Part shown: positions 9,971 through 18,372 of the stretch, piece after piece | How the letters are laid out: each line of letters opens with the position of its first letter | Position numbering within the stretch: position 1 is the stretch's first letter | Source: Halobacteriota archaeon | GTDB taxonomy: Archaea > Halobacteriota > Syntropharchaeia > DAOWMC01 | Reading direction: 5' to 3' | NCBI GenBank assembly: GCA_034189535.1 | Contig: JAXHUQ010000003.1 | Coordinates: forward strand, 1 to 40,841 | Length of the DNA: 40,841 nucleotides | Translations under genes and position numbers: made by a program | Notes under the pieces: generated by a model | Databases searched by the model: none | Seen by the model: only the letters and a program-made list of their open reading frames with translations | Told to the model about the DNA's origin: nothing

Positions 9971-10882
9971 ATGGATATGCGAGGTTCTTCACTGGCTGTA
10001 ATACCCGCATTTAACGAGGAGGTTACGATAGGCAGTATCGTCCTGAAGGCGATGAACTATGTAGACGGAGTTGTCGTCATCGATGATGGCAGTGATGATA
10101 AGACCTCTATGGTCGCAGAGATGGCCGGAGCAACAGTAGTCAAACACAGCAAGAACGGAGGTTACGGTGCTGCTTTACAGTCATGTTTCAAGTATGCAAG
10201 AGACGGAAATGCTAATTCGATGGTGATATTGGATTCAGATGGGCAGCACGATCCATTATACATTCCTCATTTAATGGAGAAGATCAATGAGGGGGCAGAT
10301 GTCGTTATCGGATCAAGGTTCTTGAATGGGGGCAATAATGTCCCGGTTTACAGAAAGGCGGGCATGAAAGTTCTGGATACTGTGACCAACTCTGTCAGTG
10401 GACTGAACGTCTCTGATACTCAAAGCGGATTTCGTGCCTACTCAAGAAAGGCAATAGATAGTATTATGATCAACAATTTCGGCATGTCTGCAGGATCAGA
10501 GATACTTATACAAGCAAAAAATAATAACCTTAAAATTGCAGAAGTCCCAATTACATGCAGTTATGATGTCGATGAACCGTCAACTCACAATCCATTAAGA
10601 CATGGTATTGATGTGCTCATGGGTATTGTGAAGGCCGTGGGAATCAGCCGTCCTCTTACTTACCTTGGAGTTCCAGGAGTTTTGATGGTTTTGGCCGGAC
10701 TCATCATTTCAACGTGGATCTTACAAAGCTACAATGCCGGAGGTTTCATTCCTTTCGGACCTACAATGCTCATGATGCTTCTCATAATTGTAGGATCTTT
10801 AAGCACATTCTCAGGTATAATGTTATACTCGATGGGAAAGCTGGTAAAAGAACGAGAGGGTATTGAGAAGACCAGTGAATGA
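9971..10882 (+). CDS. GT2 glycosyltransferase, dolichol-phosphate-sugar synthase-like
   Basis: VIPAFNEE, DDGSDD, DSDGQH and DTQSGFRA; two C-terminal TM helices; start chosen after GAGGTGA RBS. Confidence 0.9.
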   Translation: MDMRGSSLAVIPAFNEEVTIGSIVLKAMNYVDGVVVIDDGSDDKTSMVAEMAGATVVKHSKNGGYGAALQSCFKYARDGNANSMVILDSDGQHDPLYIPHLMEKINEGADVVIGSRFLNGGNNVPVYRKAGMKVLDTVTNSVSGLNVSDTQSGFRAYSRKAIDSIMINNFGMSAGSEILIQAKNNNLKIAEVPITCSYDVDEPSTHNPLRHGIDVLMGIVKAVGISRPLTYLGVPGVLMVLAGLIISTWILQSYNAGGFIPFGPTMLMMLLIIVGSLSTFSGIMLYSMGKLVKEREGIEKTSE

Positions 10883-11029
10883 CCTATATAATTATTGTAG
10901 GTCATGGTGCGGATTACACCAGGGTAAATTGCTTTATCAAAAGATATTGGTTTATACACCGGAAGAATTTGAGAATATGAAGGGTAAGAATCCATTTATA
11001 AAAGACGCAATCAAGAGGAGTAAAATTTT

Positions 11030-11386
11030 ATGAAAAAGGACAGCCATGAAGAGGCTGAAAGATGGATAAAACAGGCTGAGGTCGATTTTGCATCGTTAAG
11101 CCAACTTTTCAAGGTGAAGATCTATCATCTGGTCTGTTTTATGGCACAACAAGCAGCAGAGAAGGCTTTAAAAGCACATATCTATGCCCAGGGAGAAGAA
11201 CTGATTCTCACTCATTCAGTTGCAAAGTTGTGCAATGCGGCATCTGAATATGATGCATCATTTGAAGGATTGGGAAAGTCTGTTAAAAATCTCGATTCGT
11301 TCTATATCCAGGCCCGGTATCCAAACGGCATGATAGATGGGATTTTTGCTGAATTTTTTGAGAAAGAATTCACAGGATTTCTATAG
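11030..11386 (+). CDS. HEPN domain protein, probably C-terminally truncated; no MNT partner
   Basis: CFMAQQAAEKALKA, THSV and YIQARYP motifs; final helix missing. Confidence 0.8.
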   Translation: MKKDSHEEAERWIKQAEVDFASLSQLFKVKIYHLVCFMAQQAAEKALKAHIYAQGEELILTHSVAKLCNAASEYDASFEGLGKSVKNLDSFYIQARYPNGMIDGIFAEFFEKEFTGFL

Positions 11387-11482
11387 GTTTATATCTAAAA
11401 TAGAGGATTTTTTATAATATTGTGGCATTGTGGCGGGATGTGAACTGGTGATGTGTAGTTAAAGATATGGGTAAAAGAAAGG

Positions 11483-11554
11483 ATGAGAAAAATGACGGAT
11501 GGCAGGATTTCAGTGGTAATTCCGGTGAAAAATGAGGAGGAGTGGTATACATAA
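11483..11554 (+). pseudogene. Stranded N-terminus of a different GT2 glycosyltransferase
   Basis: MRKMTDGRISVVIPVKNEEEWYT* parallels ITVIVAVKNEE of the GT2 immediately downstream. Confidence 0.7.
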
Positions 11555-12558
11555 ACAACATCTTAATAACAGTCATTGTTGCAGTTAAAAACGAAGAAAG
11601 ATTCATTGAAAAATGTTTAATATCTTTAATAAATCAAGATTTTGCTCAAGATCTCTATCAAATAGTCGTTGTTGATGGAAGGTCAACCGATCGAACAATG
11701 GATATCGTAGAGGAATATATAAAAAAATACCCTGACCTTATCAAAGTATATGATAATCCAATGGAATGGCAAGCAGTTGGGAGAAATATTGCCATTCAAA
11801 ACGAGAAGGAAAGTGAATTAATCACATATTTAGATGGGCATTGCATAGCAGATTCACAATGGTTACGGACTTTGTTTAATGATTTTCAAGCACATGACAA
11901 CCCCAAATTTGCTGGTGTAGGGTCATTACATTTGAGCCCGGATGATGAATCCACTATTGGTAAATCTATTGAGCAAATATTCCATACTTTATTTGGAGGA
12001 ATTGGTTCATCCTTCAGACCTACAGTAATAAGGGGAGAGGTGGAAACAGTTCCTTTTGTATTGTTTAAAAGAGAAGCTTTAGAAGACGTGGGCCTATATG
12101 AAGAGGATATGAAGGTCGGAGAGGATTTTACCTTGAGTTATAAGCTGAGGAGTGCTGGTTATAAACTATTCATCAATCCTAAAGCCATTGTATATCGTTA
12201 TAATAGGAATTCCTTCTATTCTTTTCTTATTCAGATTTATAATTATGGAATAGCAAAGGCAATTAGTGGAAAGAAATTTCCACATTCTCTAAGTGTTTAT
12301 CACTATCTCCCTAGCGTTCTACTAATTTTTTTAGCGATTTTAGGGGTGTTAGGAGTATATTTGGTGGAATTAAGATTATTTTTTTACCGGATTGTTCTTC
12401 TATATGCTGGCGCCATATTAACTTCCTCTATAGTAACTGCTTTTAAAAAGGTGCAATGGACGTTCGCTATTATCATGCCATTATTATATGTTGTGGAACA
12501 TTTTTCCTATAGTATTGGATTTTTATTCGGGATTTTTAAAAAGGGGTGGAAAAGATGA
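11542..12558 (+). CDS. GT2 glycosyltransferase with C-terminal TM helices
   Basis: VIVAVKNEE, VVDGRSTDRT, LDGH and GED motifs. Confidence 0.9.
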   Translation: MVYINNILITVIVAVKNEERFIEKCLISLINQDFAQDLYQIVVVDGRSTDRTMDIVEEYIKKYPDLIKVYDNPMEWQAVGRNIAIQNEKESELITYLDGHCIADSQWLRTLFNDFQAHDNPKFAGVGSLHLSPDDESTIGKSIEQIFHTLFGGIGSSFRPTVIRGEVETVPFVLFKREALEDVGLYEEDMKVGEDFTLSYKLRSAGYKLFINPKAIVYRYNRNSFYSFLIQIYNYGIAKAISGKKFPHSLSVYHYLPSVLLIFLAILGVLGVYLVELRLFFYRIVLLYAGAILTSSIVTAFKKVQWTFAIIMPLLYVVEHFSYSIGFLFGIFKKGWKR

Positions 12559-14006
12559 AGGTATATTTGCTAAACCCTCCTTTTGTTAAAGGATTTAGTA
12601 GGGGTGTAAGAGGGGTTGGTGAAGCAACTCGCGGAGGGACTTTGTATTGCCCGATTTGGTTATCCTATGCAGCAGGTGTATTGGAACAAGAACACGAAGT
12701 TAAGTTGATAGATGCACAAGCAAGGCAGTGGTTAATCGAAGATGTTTTACAAGATTTAAATAGATTCGATCCAGATTTAATCGTTGTTGAGACTAATTTT
12801 TCAAGTTTGAATAATGACCTTGACATGGTAGATAAAATTAAGACTATATCAAACGCCGCTATTACTATGGTGGGCCCTCCCACTTCCCAATACTTTGAAA
12901 AAATTATAATTGGAAACGGTGTAGGTATTGTAGCAAGGCATGAGTATGATATTACTCTAAAAGAAGTTGCAAATGCGATTCGAAGCGGTACAAGTCTAAA
13001 AAAAATAAGGGGTATTTCTTATATTGAATGTGGTAAGGCGATTAACAATCCTGACAGAGAATATACCAACTCTGAAGATTTGGATGGAATGCCGTTCGTA
13101 TCAAAAACATATAAAAAACATCTCAACTTGAAGGATTACTTTTTAAGTTCTTCTCTTTATCCTACGATACAGATATTCACAGGGAGAGGGTGTCCAAATC
13201 AATGTACATTCTGTTCTTGGCCTGAGACTTTAATGGGAAGAAAGTACAGAGTCAGAAGTGTAGCGAATGTTTTGGATGAATTTGAATATATCGAAAATGA
13301 GCTTCCTGAAGTAAAAGAGATCTTCATTGAGGATGACACATTCACTATCAGTAAAAAGAGAGTTTTGGCGTTTTGCGAAGATTATAAGAAAAGAGGTTTA
13401 AACATAACCTGGTCATGCAACGCTAGGGCCAATTCACTGGATTTGGAAACGATGAAAGAGATGAAGAAGGCCAACTGCCGATTGCTTATCGTTGGATATG
13501 AATCGGGAAATGATGAGATCTTAATAAACATAAAAAAGGGCATAACATCTCAACACATAAGGGATTTTTCAAAAAATGCACGAAAAGCCGGATTGCTCGT
13601 ACATGGTGATTTTATAATTGGTTTACCAGGTGAGACAAATGAGACAATTATGGTTACAAAGAAAATGATACATGAGGTAAAACCCGATCTCTTACAAGTT
13701 CTGGTCCCCCAACCAGTCCCGGGAACACATCTTTATGATTGGTGTAAAGAACATAAATTTTTACTCACAGAGGATCCAAATGAGTATCTGGATGAAAATG
13801 GACATCAAAAGGCAATTATTTCTTATCCGGAACTTAGCAATGAAGAGATGGTAAAAGAGGTGGATGAAATATTGAAAAATTATTATATGAGTCCGTCTTA
13901 CATACCGCTAGCTATGAGGCAGGTGCTTAGGAAAAACGGATTGGACGAAGCGAGAAGACTCTGGTATTCTATGAGGATGTTTTTAGGTTATGTTGGGAGG
14001 AGGTGA
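12555..14006 (+). CDS. B12-binding-domain radical SAM protein, HpnJ-like
   Basis: LLNPP...PIWLSYAA N-terminus, GRGCPNQCTFC, EDDTFT, GYESG and DFIIGLPGET; ATGA overlap with GT2. Confidence 0.88.
   Translation: MKVYLLNPPFVKGFSRGVRGVGEATRGGTLYCPIWLSYAAGVLEQEHEVKLIDAQARQWLIEDVLQDLNRFDPDLIVVETNFSSLNNDLDMVDKIKTISNAAITMVGPPTSQYFEKIIIGNGVGIVARHEYDITLKEVANAIRSGTSLKKIRGISYIECGKAINNPDREYTNSEDLDGMPFVSKTYKKHLNLKDYFLSSSLYPTIQIFTGRGCPNQCTFCSWPETLMGRKYRVRSVANVLDEFEYIENELPEVKEIFIEDDTFTISKKRVLAFCEDYKKRGLNITWSCNARANSLDLETMKEMKKANCRLLIVGYESGNDEILINIKKGITSQHIRDFSKNARKAGLLVHGDFIIGLPGETNETIMVTKKMIHEVKPDLLQVLVPQPVPGTHLYDWCKEHKFLLTEDPNEYLDENGHQKAIISYPELSNEEMVKEVDEILKNYYMSPSYIPLAMRQVLRKNGLDEARRLWYSMRMFLGYVGRR
13890..14006 (+). 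repeat. Radical SAM 3' end, copy A (in use)
   Basis: Encodes SPSYIPLAMRQVLRKNGLDEARRLWYSMRMFLGYVGRR*. Confidence 0.95.
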
Positions 14007-14010
14007 AACA

Positions 14011-14235
14011 ATGGTAAGTATTGTAAGAATAAAAGAAGTTAAGGAGAATGTAGTGCTACGCAAAGAGGACTTTGAAAGTCTGATAGGGGAGATGGAATCT
14101 TTGATGGAGACCATAGAGATTTTAAGCGATAAGGATCTGATGGGACAGATAAAGAATAGTGAAAAAGATATTAAAGAAGGAAATGTCCTCGAAATAATGA
14201 CTGAGAGTGATATGAATAATTTGTTTGTGGAGTGA
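14011..14235 (+). CDS. Putative RelB/Phd-like antitoxin
   Basis: Small acidic protein with ESLMETIEILSDKDLMGQIK, directly upstream of RelE; RBS GGAGGAGGTGA. Confidence 0.8.
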   Translation: MVSIVRIKEVKENVVLRKEDFESLIGEMESLMETIEILSDKDLMGQIKNSEKDIKEGNVLEIMTESDMNNLFVE

Positions 14236-14239
14236 TCTT

Positions 14240-14548
14240 GTGAGATACAGCCTGAAGTACACCAAGACCTTCAAGAAACAGATTGATAGGCTGAAGAAGA
14301 AAGACAAAGCATTGATGGAAGAGTTGATGAAGAAGGTGAAGAAACTACAGGATGTACCGCATTCCGGAAAGCTCCTGAAATATCAACTCTCTTATTATAG
14401 GTATAGGTCTCTGCGAATAAAGAAAAAATATAGACTTGTTTATGTGGTAGATGAGAATGAAAACACGGTGATACTGGTTGCATTTGGACACAGAGAGGAA
14501 ATATATAAGCTCATGCTGTTGTCATTTGAAGAAGAACGGAAAGAGTGA
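14240..14548 (+). CDS. RelE/ParE-family toxin
   Basis: Basic protein with PHSGKLL, YRSLRI, YRLVY and FGHREEIY. Confidence 0.88.
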   Translation: MRYSLKYTKTFKKQIDRLKKKDKALMEELMKKVKKLQDVPHSGKLLKYQLSYYRYRSLRIKKKYRLVYVVDENENTVILVAFGHREEIYKLMLLSFEEERKE

Positions 14549-14591
14549 TGGTATGAATTATATAGGAACGGCGTTGAAGGAATACCGCCCA

Positions 14592-14708
14592 AGTCCGTCT
14601 TACATACCGTTAGCGATGAGGCAGGTATTTCGAAGGAATGGGTTGGATGAAGCTAGAAGGCTCTGGTATTCGATGAGAATGTTTTTGGGGTATGTTGGAG
14701 GGAGGTGA
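14592..14708 (+). repeat. Radical SAM 3' end, stranded copy B
   Basis: Encodes SPSYIPLAMRQVFRRNGLDEARRLWYSMRMFLGYVGGR*; 35/38 aa identical to copy A. Confidence 0.95.
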
Positions 14709-14713
14709 TTACA

Positions 14714-14953
14714 ATGGTAATAGAAGTAAAAGTTCCAAAAGAGATCGATCTGAAGATAAAGAGTGATAAGGACCTTGAAGGAATCATAAAGAGGAAGATA
14801 GAAATGGAGATCTTTAAAGAAATAAAAGGAGATATATTCCTCTCGATGCTCTTTGATAAACTCCTTGAAGAGAGTGAACTAACAGGTGGAGATGTTGATG
14901 AGATTGATCACAAGGTTAAGAAGGGCATCATGGAGAATCTGGGATGGAAATAG
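14714..14953 (+). CDS. Putative VapB-type antitoxin
   Basis: Small protein overlapping the PIN gene; RBS GGAGGTGA supplied by copy B. Confidence 0.7.
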   Translation: MVIEVKVPKEIDLKIKSDKDLEGIIKRKIEMEIFKEIKGDIFLSMLFDKLLEESELTGGDVDEIDHKVKKGIMENLGWK

Positions 14954-15369
14954 TCGCTGACACGAATGTGATAATTTCAGCGCTGTTAAGAGATGGACTG
15001 ACAAGAAAACTATTGCTCCTCGCTCCTTTTGACTTTTACACCGTGGCTTATTCAAAAATCGAGATAGAAACGCACAGAAATGAGCTTCTTAATAGATCCA
15101 AACTTGATGAGGAGGCTTTTCAGTACCTTATAGATTTAATTTTCAGTAAAATTTGTGTCGTGGAATCCAATGTTATCGAAGCTTACAGGAAGAAAGCTAT
15201 TGATGTCATGCGTGGTATAGATATTAGCGATTCCCCTTTCATCGCGTTGGCAATGCATTTAAATTGTTCAATATGGTCGAATGATAAGCATTTTAAAGAA
15301 CAAAATGTTGTCAAAGCATATACAACTAAAGAGATCATGGCGTTATTGGGGGAGGCTGCAGAAGAATGA
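14944..15369 (+). CDS. PIN-domain (VapC-type) toxin
   Basis: VADTNVIISAL, DISDSPFIALA and IWSNDKHF acidic motifs. Confidence 0.9.
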   Translation: MEIVADTNVIISALLRDGLTRKLLLLAPFDFYTVAYSKIEIETHRNELLNRSKLDEEAFQYLIDLIFSKICVVESNVIEAYRKKAIDVMRGIDISDSPFIALAMHLNCSIWSNDKHFKEQNVVKAYTTKEIMALLGEAAEE

Positions 15370-15476
15370 TATCGCTCGCTCAGAGGCAGGTGTTTAGGAG
15401 AAACGGGTTGGATGAATTAAAGATGCTCTGGTATTTGATGAGGATGTTTTTGGGGTATGTTGGACGTGTAAAATGA
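15366..15476 (+). repeat. Radical SAM 3' end, stranded copy C (36-aa mini-ORF)
   Basis: MISLAQRQVFRRNGLDELKMLWYLMRMFLGYVGRVK*; ATGA overlaps with the PIN stop and with the GT4 start. Confidence 0.92.
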
Positions 15477-16696
15477 AGATTTGTATGATATGTCCCGAAA
15501 TTGGGAACTCTGGAAATAATGCGTTTATAGGTGGACACACAAATAACGTAATTAGATTATCTAAAGCTTTGCATAATAGGGGGCATGAAATAACAATTAT
15601 TACGACCCCCCATCGCCATCCTGGCGATCAACCCAGCGAGGATTTAGAATGGGCCAAGGTAGTTTGTTTGCCTATCAATGGATCGTTTTCATCTATTGGA
15701 TTTGGGCTAGAATTTGCCTTAAAATCTTTTAACAAAATTCGAAAAATAAATGGAAAAAGTAAATTTGACATTATCCATGGTCATTCTGGATTTACAATGC
15801 CCGCGATTATAACAGGTATAACGAGTATGTTTTTAAATATCCCTTCAGTACACAGTGTTTATTGTCCGATACAGGTAAATAGCAAAAGTACTGTTAAGTT
15901 TTTATCAAATAATGCTTTATCAAGATTTTATTTTTTTCATATAGATAAGGTTATTGCAACGAGCGGATCTGTTTTGGAATCTCTTGTAAATGCAGGTATT
16001 GCTAAAGAAAAAATTGACCTTATACCTCCTTTGATTGGCAACAATTTTAATTCTTCTGTTTCTGGAGAAAAAATTAGAGAAGAGTTTAATATTTTACCGG
16101 AGCAAACCGTTGTAACGTTTGTGGGCAATTTATCAAAAATAAAAGGTATAGATATATTGATTGATTCTTTAAGCTACTTAAAAGAAGAATACCATGATAT
16201 AATGCTTTTAATGGTATTAAATCTACCTTTAAGTAAATATAATAATCCTGAAATATTGGAAGCGGATGCAGAATTGCTACCGGAAATCAAAAGAAAGATA
16301 AAATCATATGGATTGGAAGAAAATGTCATTCCGATTGGTTTGACCGAAAAGATGCCCCAAATCATGGCTGCAAGTGATATTTTCACAATGCCTTTTTTAA
16401 ACTTGGTGGGAGTTGCCGACCCGCCTATTTCCCTAATAGAAGCCATGGCTATCGGAAAACCAGTGATTGCGACTAAAGTGGGTAGTGTATCTAAACTCGT
16501 AAAACATAAAGTAAATGGTATACTAATTGATCCAGGAAGCTCAGTTGAATTGGCTGAAGGAATAAAATATCTTATTGAAAATGAAAAAGAATCAAAAGAG
16601 ATGGGTAAAAGAGGATCAAAAATGATTCACGATAATTTTGGAGATGCCACTATTATTAAGAAAATTGAGAATGTTTACGAGTCGGTAGGTGTTTAA
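15473..16696 (+). CDS. GT4 glycosyltransferase
   Basis: FVGNLSKIKGID and EAMAIGKPVIAT motifs. Confidence 0.92.
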   Translation: MKICMICPEIGNSGNNAFIGGHTNNVIRLSKALHNRGHEITIITTPHRHPGDQPSEDLEWAKVVCLPINGSFSSIGFGLEFALKSFNKIRKINGKSKFDIIHGHSGFTMPAIITGITSMFLNIPSVHSVYCPIQVNSKSTVKFLSNNALSRFYFFHIDKVIATSGSVLESLVNAGIAKEKIDLIPPLIGNNFNSSVSGEKIREEFNILPEQTVVTFVGNLSKIKGIDILIDSLSYLKEEYHDIMLLMVLNLPLSKYNNPEILEADAELLPEIKRKIKSYGLEENVIPIGLTEKMPQIMAASDIFTMPFLNLVGVADPPISLIEAMAIGKPVIATKVGSVSKLVKHKVNGILIDPGSSVELAEGIKYLIENEKESKEMGKRGSKMIHDNFGDATIIKKIENVYESVGV

Positions 16697-17291
16697 GATC
16701 ATAGTTACAATAGAAGGTGTCGATGGTTCCGGGAAAACGACACAAGCAACAATGCTTGTTGAGCGGTTGTTAGGAGAAGGACATAATGCTGTTTATATTA
16801 GGCCCATCTTTGTGTTATTAGGCCTTTTCAGGCGTGAAGAGTCCCCCATATCAGTAAGCCCTAGGAAAAATAGAACCAAAGATGACTCAGGTAAAAGTTC
16901 TGTTATATTTGGGGTTTTAGGGTATTTTTATGCACTTGTTTCGTATGTTGTCATTAGATTTCAGAGCAGGAATAAAATTGTTGTCTGCGACAGGTATTTT
17001 TATCAGTTCTTTTATGATCTGTTCGAGTCTTCAAGCGAAAATGTTGTAAAATTTTTCCCTAAGCCGGATATTGCATTTTTACTTAAAATGGACTTGGATA
17101 CATTGTATTCTCGTGTCAGCTCCTATGATGCAGAGGTGGATAAGAGTTATTATATCAAAGTAATCGGAATGTACTCAAAACTGGCAAGTAAATATGAATT
17201 CATTCAAATAGATGCAAAACTTGAAAAAGAGGCAATTAATGATGTGATCTTTGGACATTTGGCGAAAATGCTGGGGAGGACAAGCTTATGA
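16689..17291 (+). CDS. Thymidylate-kinase-like P-loop kinase
   Basis: EGVDGSGKTT, CDRY and PKPD motifs; glycan-locus context suggests it is not the housekeeping Tmk. Confidence 0.8.
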   Translation: MFKIIVTIEGVDGSGKTTQATMLVERLLGEGHNAVYIRPIFVLLGLFRREESPISVSPRKNRTKDDSGKSSVIFGVLGYFYALVSYVVIRFQSRNKIVVCDRYFYQFFYDLFESSSENVVKFFPKPDIAFLLKMDLDTLYSRVSSYDAEVDKSYYIKVIGMYSKLASKYEFIQIDAKLEKEAINDVIFGHLAKMLGRTSL

Positions 17292-18310
17292 GCAAATTGG
17301 ACCCATTGAAACTTGTTTTGTCTGTTGTCGATCAAGAGTATCCAAATGATATTTCTGTGAAAGAGGTGATCAAAGATAAGGGCTTATTTAGGTCTGCAAC
17401 AAAACTAGCTGAGAGAAATGGTCTTTACTATTATTTTATTTACCGATTGAAGGAGTTGGGTGTTGAGATACCATCTTCTGAAGATGAACGTTGGGATGAA
17501 GAAAATCGAAGATTGTCTGAATTTAAGAGAACGATCGAACTCTTAAATAAAGTGGCAAAGGACTATGGGATATGTTATATTATAATTAAAGTAAGTAATG
17601 CAACACCATATATTCCAAGAGATGTTGATATTTTTGTTAGAACGGAAGATAGAACGAGGATTATAAAAGCGCTCGAAGATAATGGCATGAAGTTGGAAGT
17701 ATCCGATGTTACTGAAACTGTGTTACGAAAAGAAGGGTACATAGAGGTTGAGCTCTACAGTACAATATGCTATCTTGGCAAGGATTTTATAGATGGGGAT
17801 TTTCTATGGGAATTTAATGTCAAAGATACACTGTTTGAAATCGATTATTCAGGTTTAAATAAAGAATCAAATTTTCTTCTTATGCTTATACATCGCCTTA
17901 TGGGGCATAGAAGTATGTCTCTTTTAGACTTTTTACATTTAAAACAATTTAGGGATGATATTAATCTTGAAAAATGCAGAAAATATGCTATCGAAAATGG
18001 ATGGGGTTCTGTATTTGATATGGCTTTGAATAAGTTAAATGAGATACAGGAAAAATTGTATAAAAAAGACGATTCTGTTTCATTTCCTTATCTTTATGAC
18101 TGGGATTTTATTTTGAAATGTGTTTCTGAAATTGATGATTTACAAATGAATAAAACTATGTTTTACATCTCCCTTCTCCAAGATGGAATAGTTTTCAAAC
18201 TAAAGGATTCATTTATATATAATTTGTTAAAATCTTTTAAACCTGCGAGACTCATAATCTCATTTTTCACTCGCAACGTTAGAAGAATGAGGGGTGATGT
18301 GCATGGGTAA
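17288..18310 (+). CDS. Nucleotidyltransferase-family protein (NTP_transf_5-like)
   Basis: IIIK...PRDVDIF DxD motif, followed by EVELY. Confidence 0.65.
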   Translation: MSKLDPLKLVLSVVDQEYPNDISVKEVIKDKGLFRSATKLAERNGLYYYFIYRLKELGVEIPSSEDERWDEENRRLSEFKRTIELLNKVAKDYGICYIIIKVSNATPYIPRDVDIFVRTEDRTRIIKALEDNGMKLEVSDVTETVLRKEGYIEVELYSTICYLGKDFIDGDFLWEFNVKDTLFEIDYSGLNKESNFLLMLIHRLMGHRSMSLLDFLHLKQFRDDINLEKCRKYAIENGWGSVFDMALNKLNEIQEKLYKKDDSVSFPYLYDWDFILKCVSEIDDLQMNKTMFYISLLQDGIVFKLKDSFIYNLLKSFKPARLIISFFTRNVRRMRGDVHG

Positions 18311-18372
18311 ATTGAATATAATGCTATTATGCTCTCGTAATATTCATTGGGTTGGAAAAAAGGTGATCAGAA

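Noticed and set aside
14478-14708. 76-aa ORF as an independent gene
   Set aside because: The first part overlaps relE out of frame and the rest is stranded copy B.
13890-15476. Diversity-generating retroelement TR/VR pair
   Set aside because: The repeat covers a gene 3' end and an Avd-fold gene is in the island, but the differences are not adenine-specific, are mostly synonymous, and no reverse transcriptase is present.
16689-17291. Gene symbol tmk
   Set aside because: Fold motifs are present, but the context and a hydrophobic insert suggest a different substrate.
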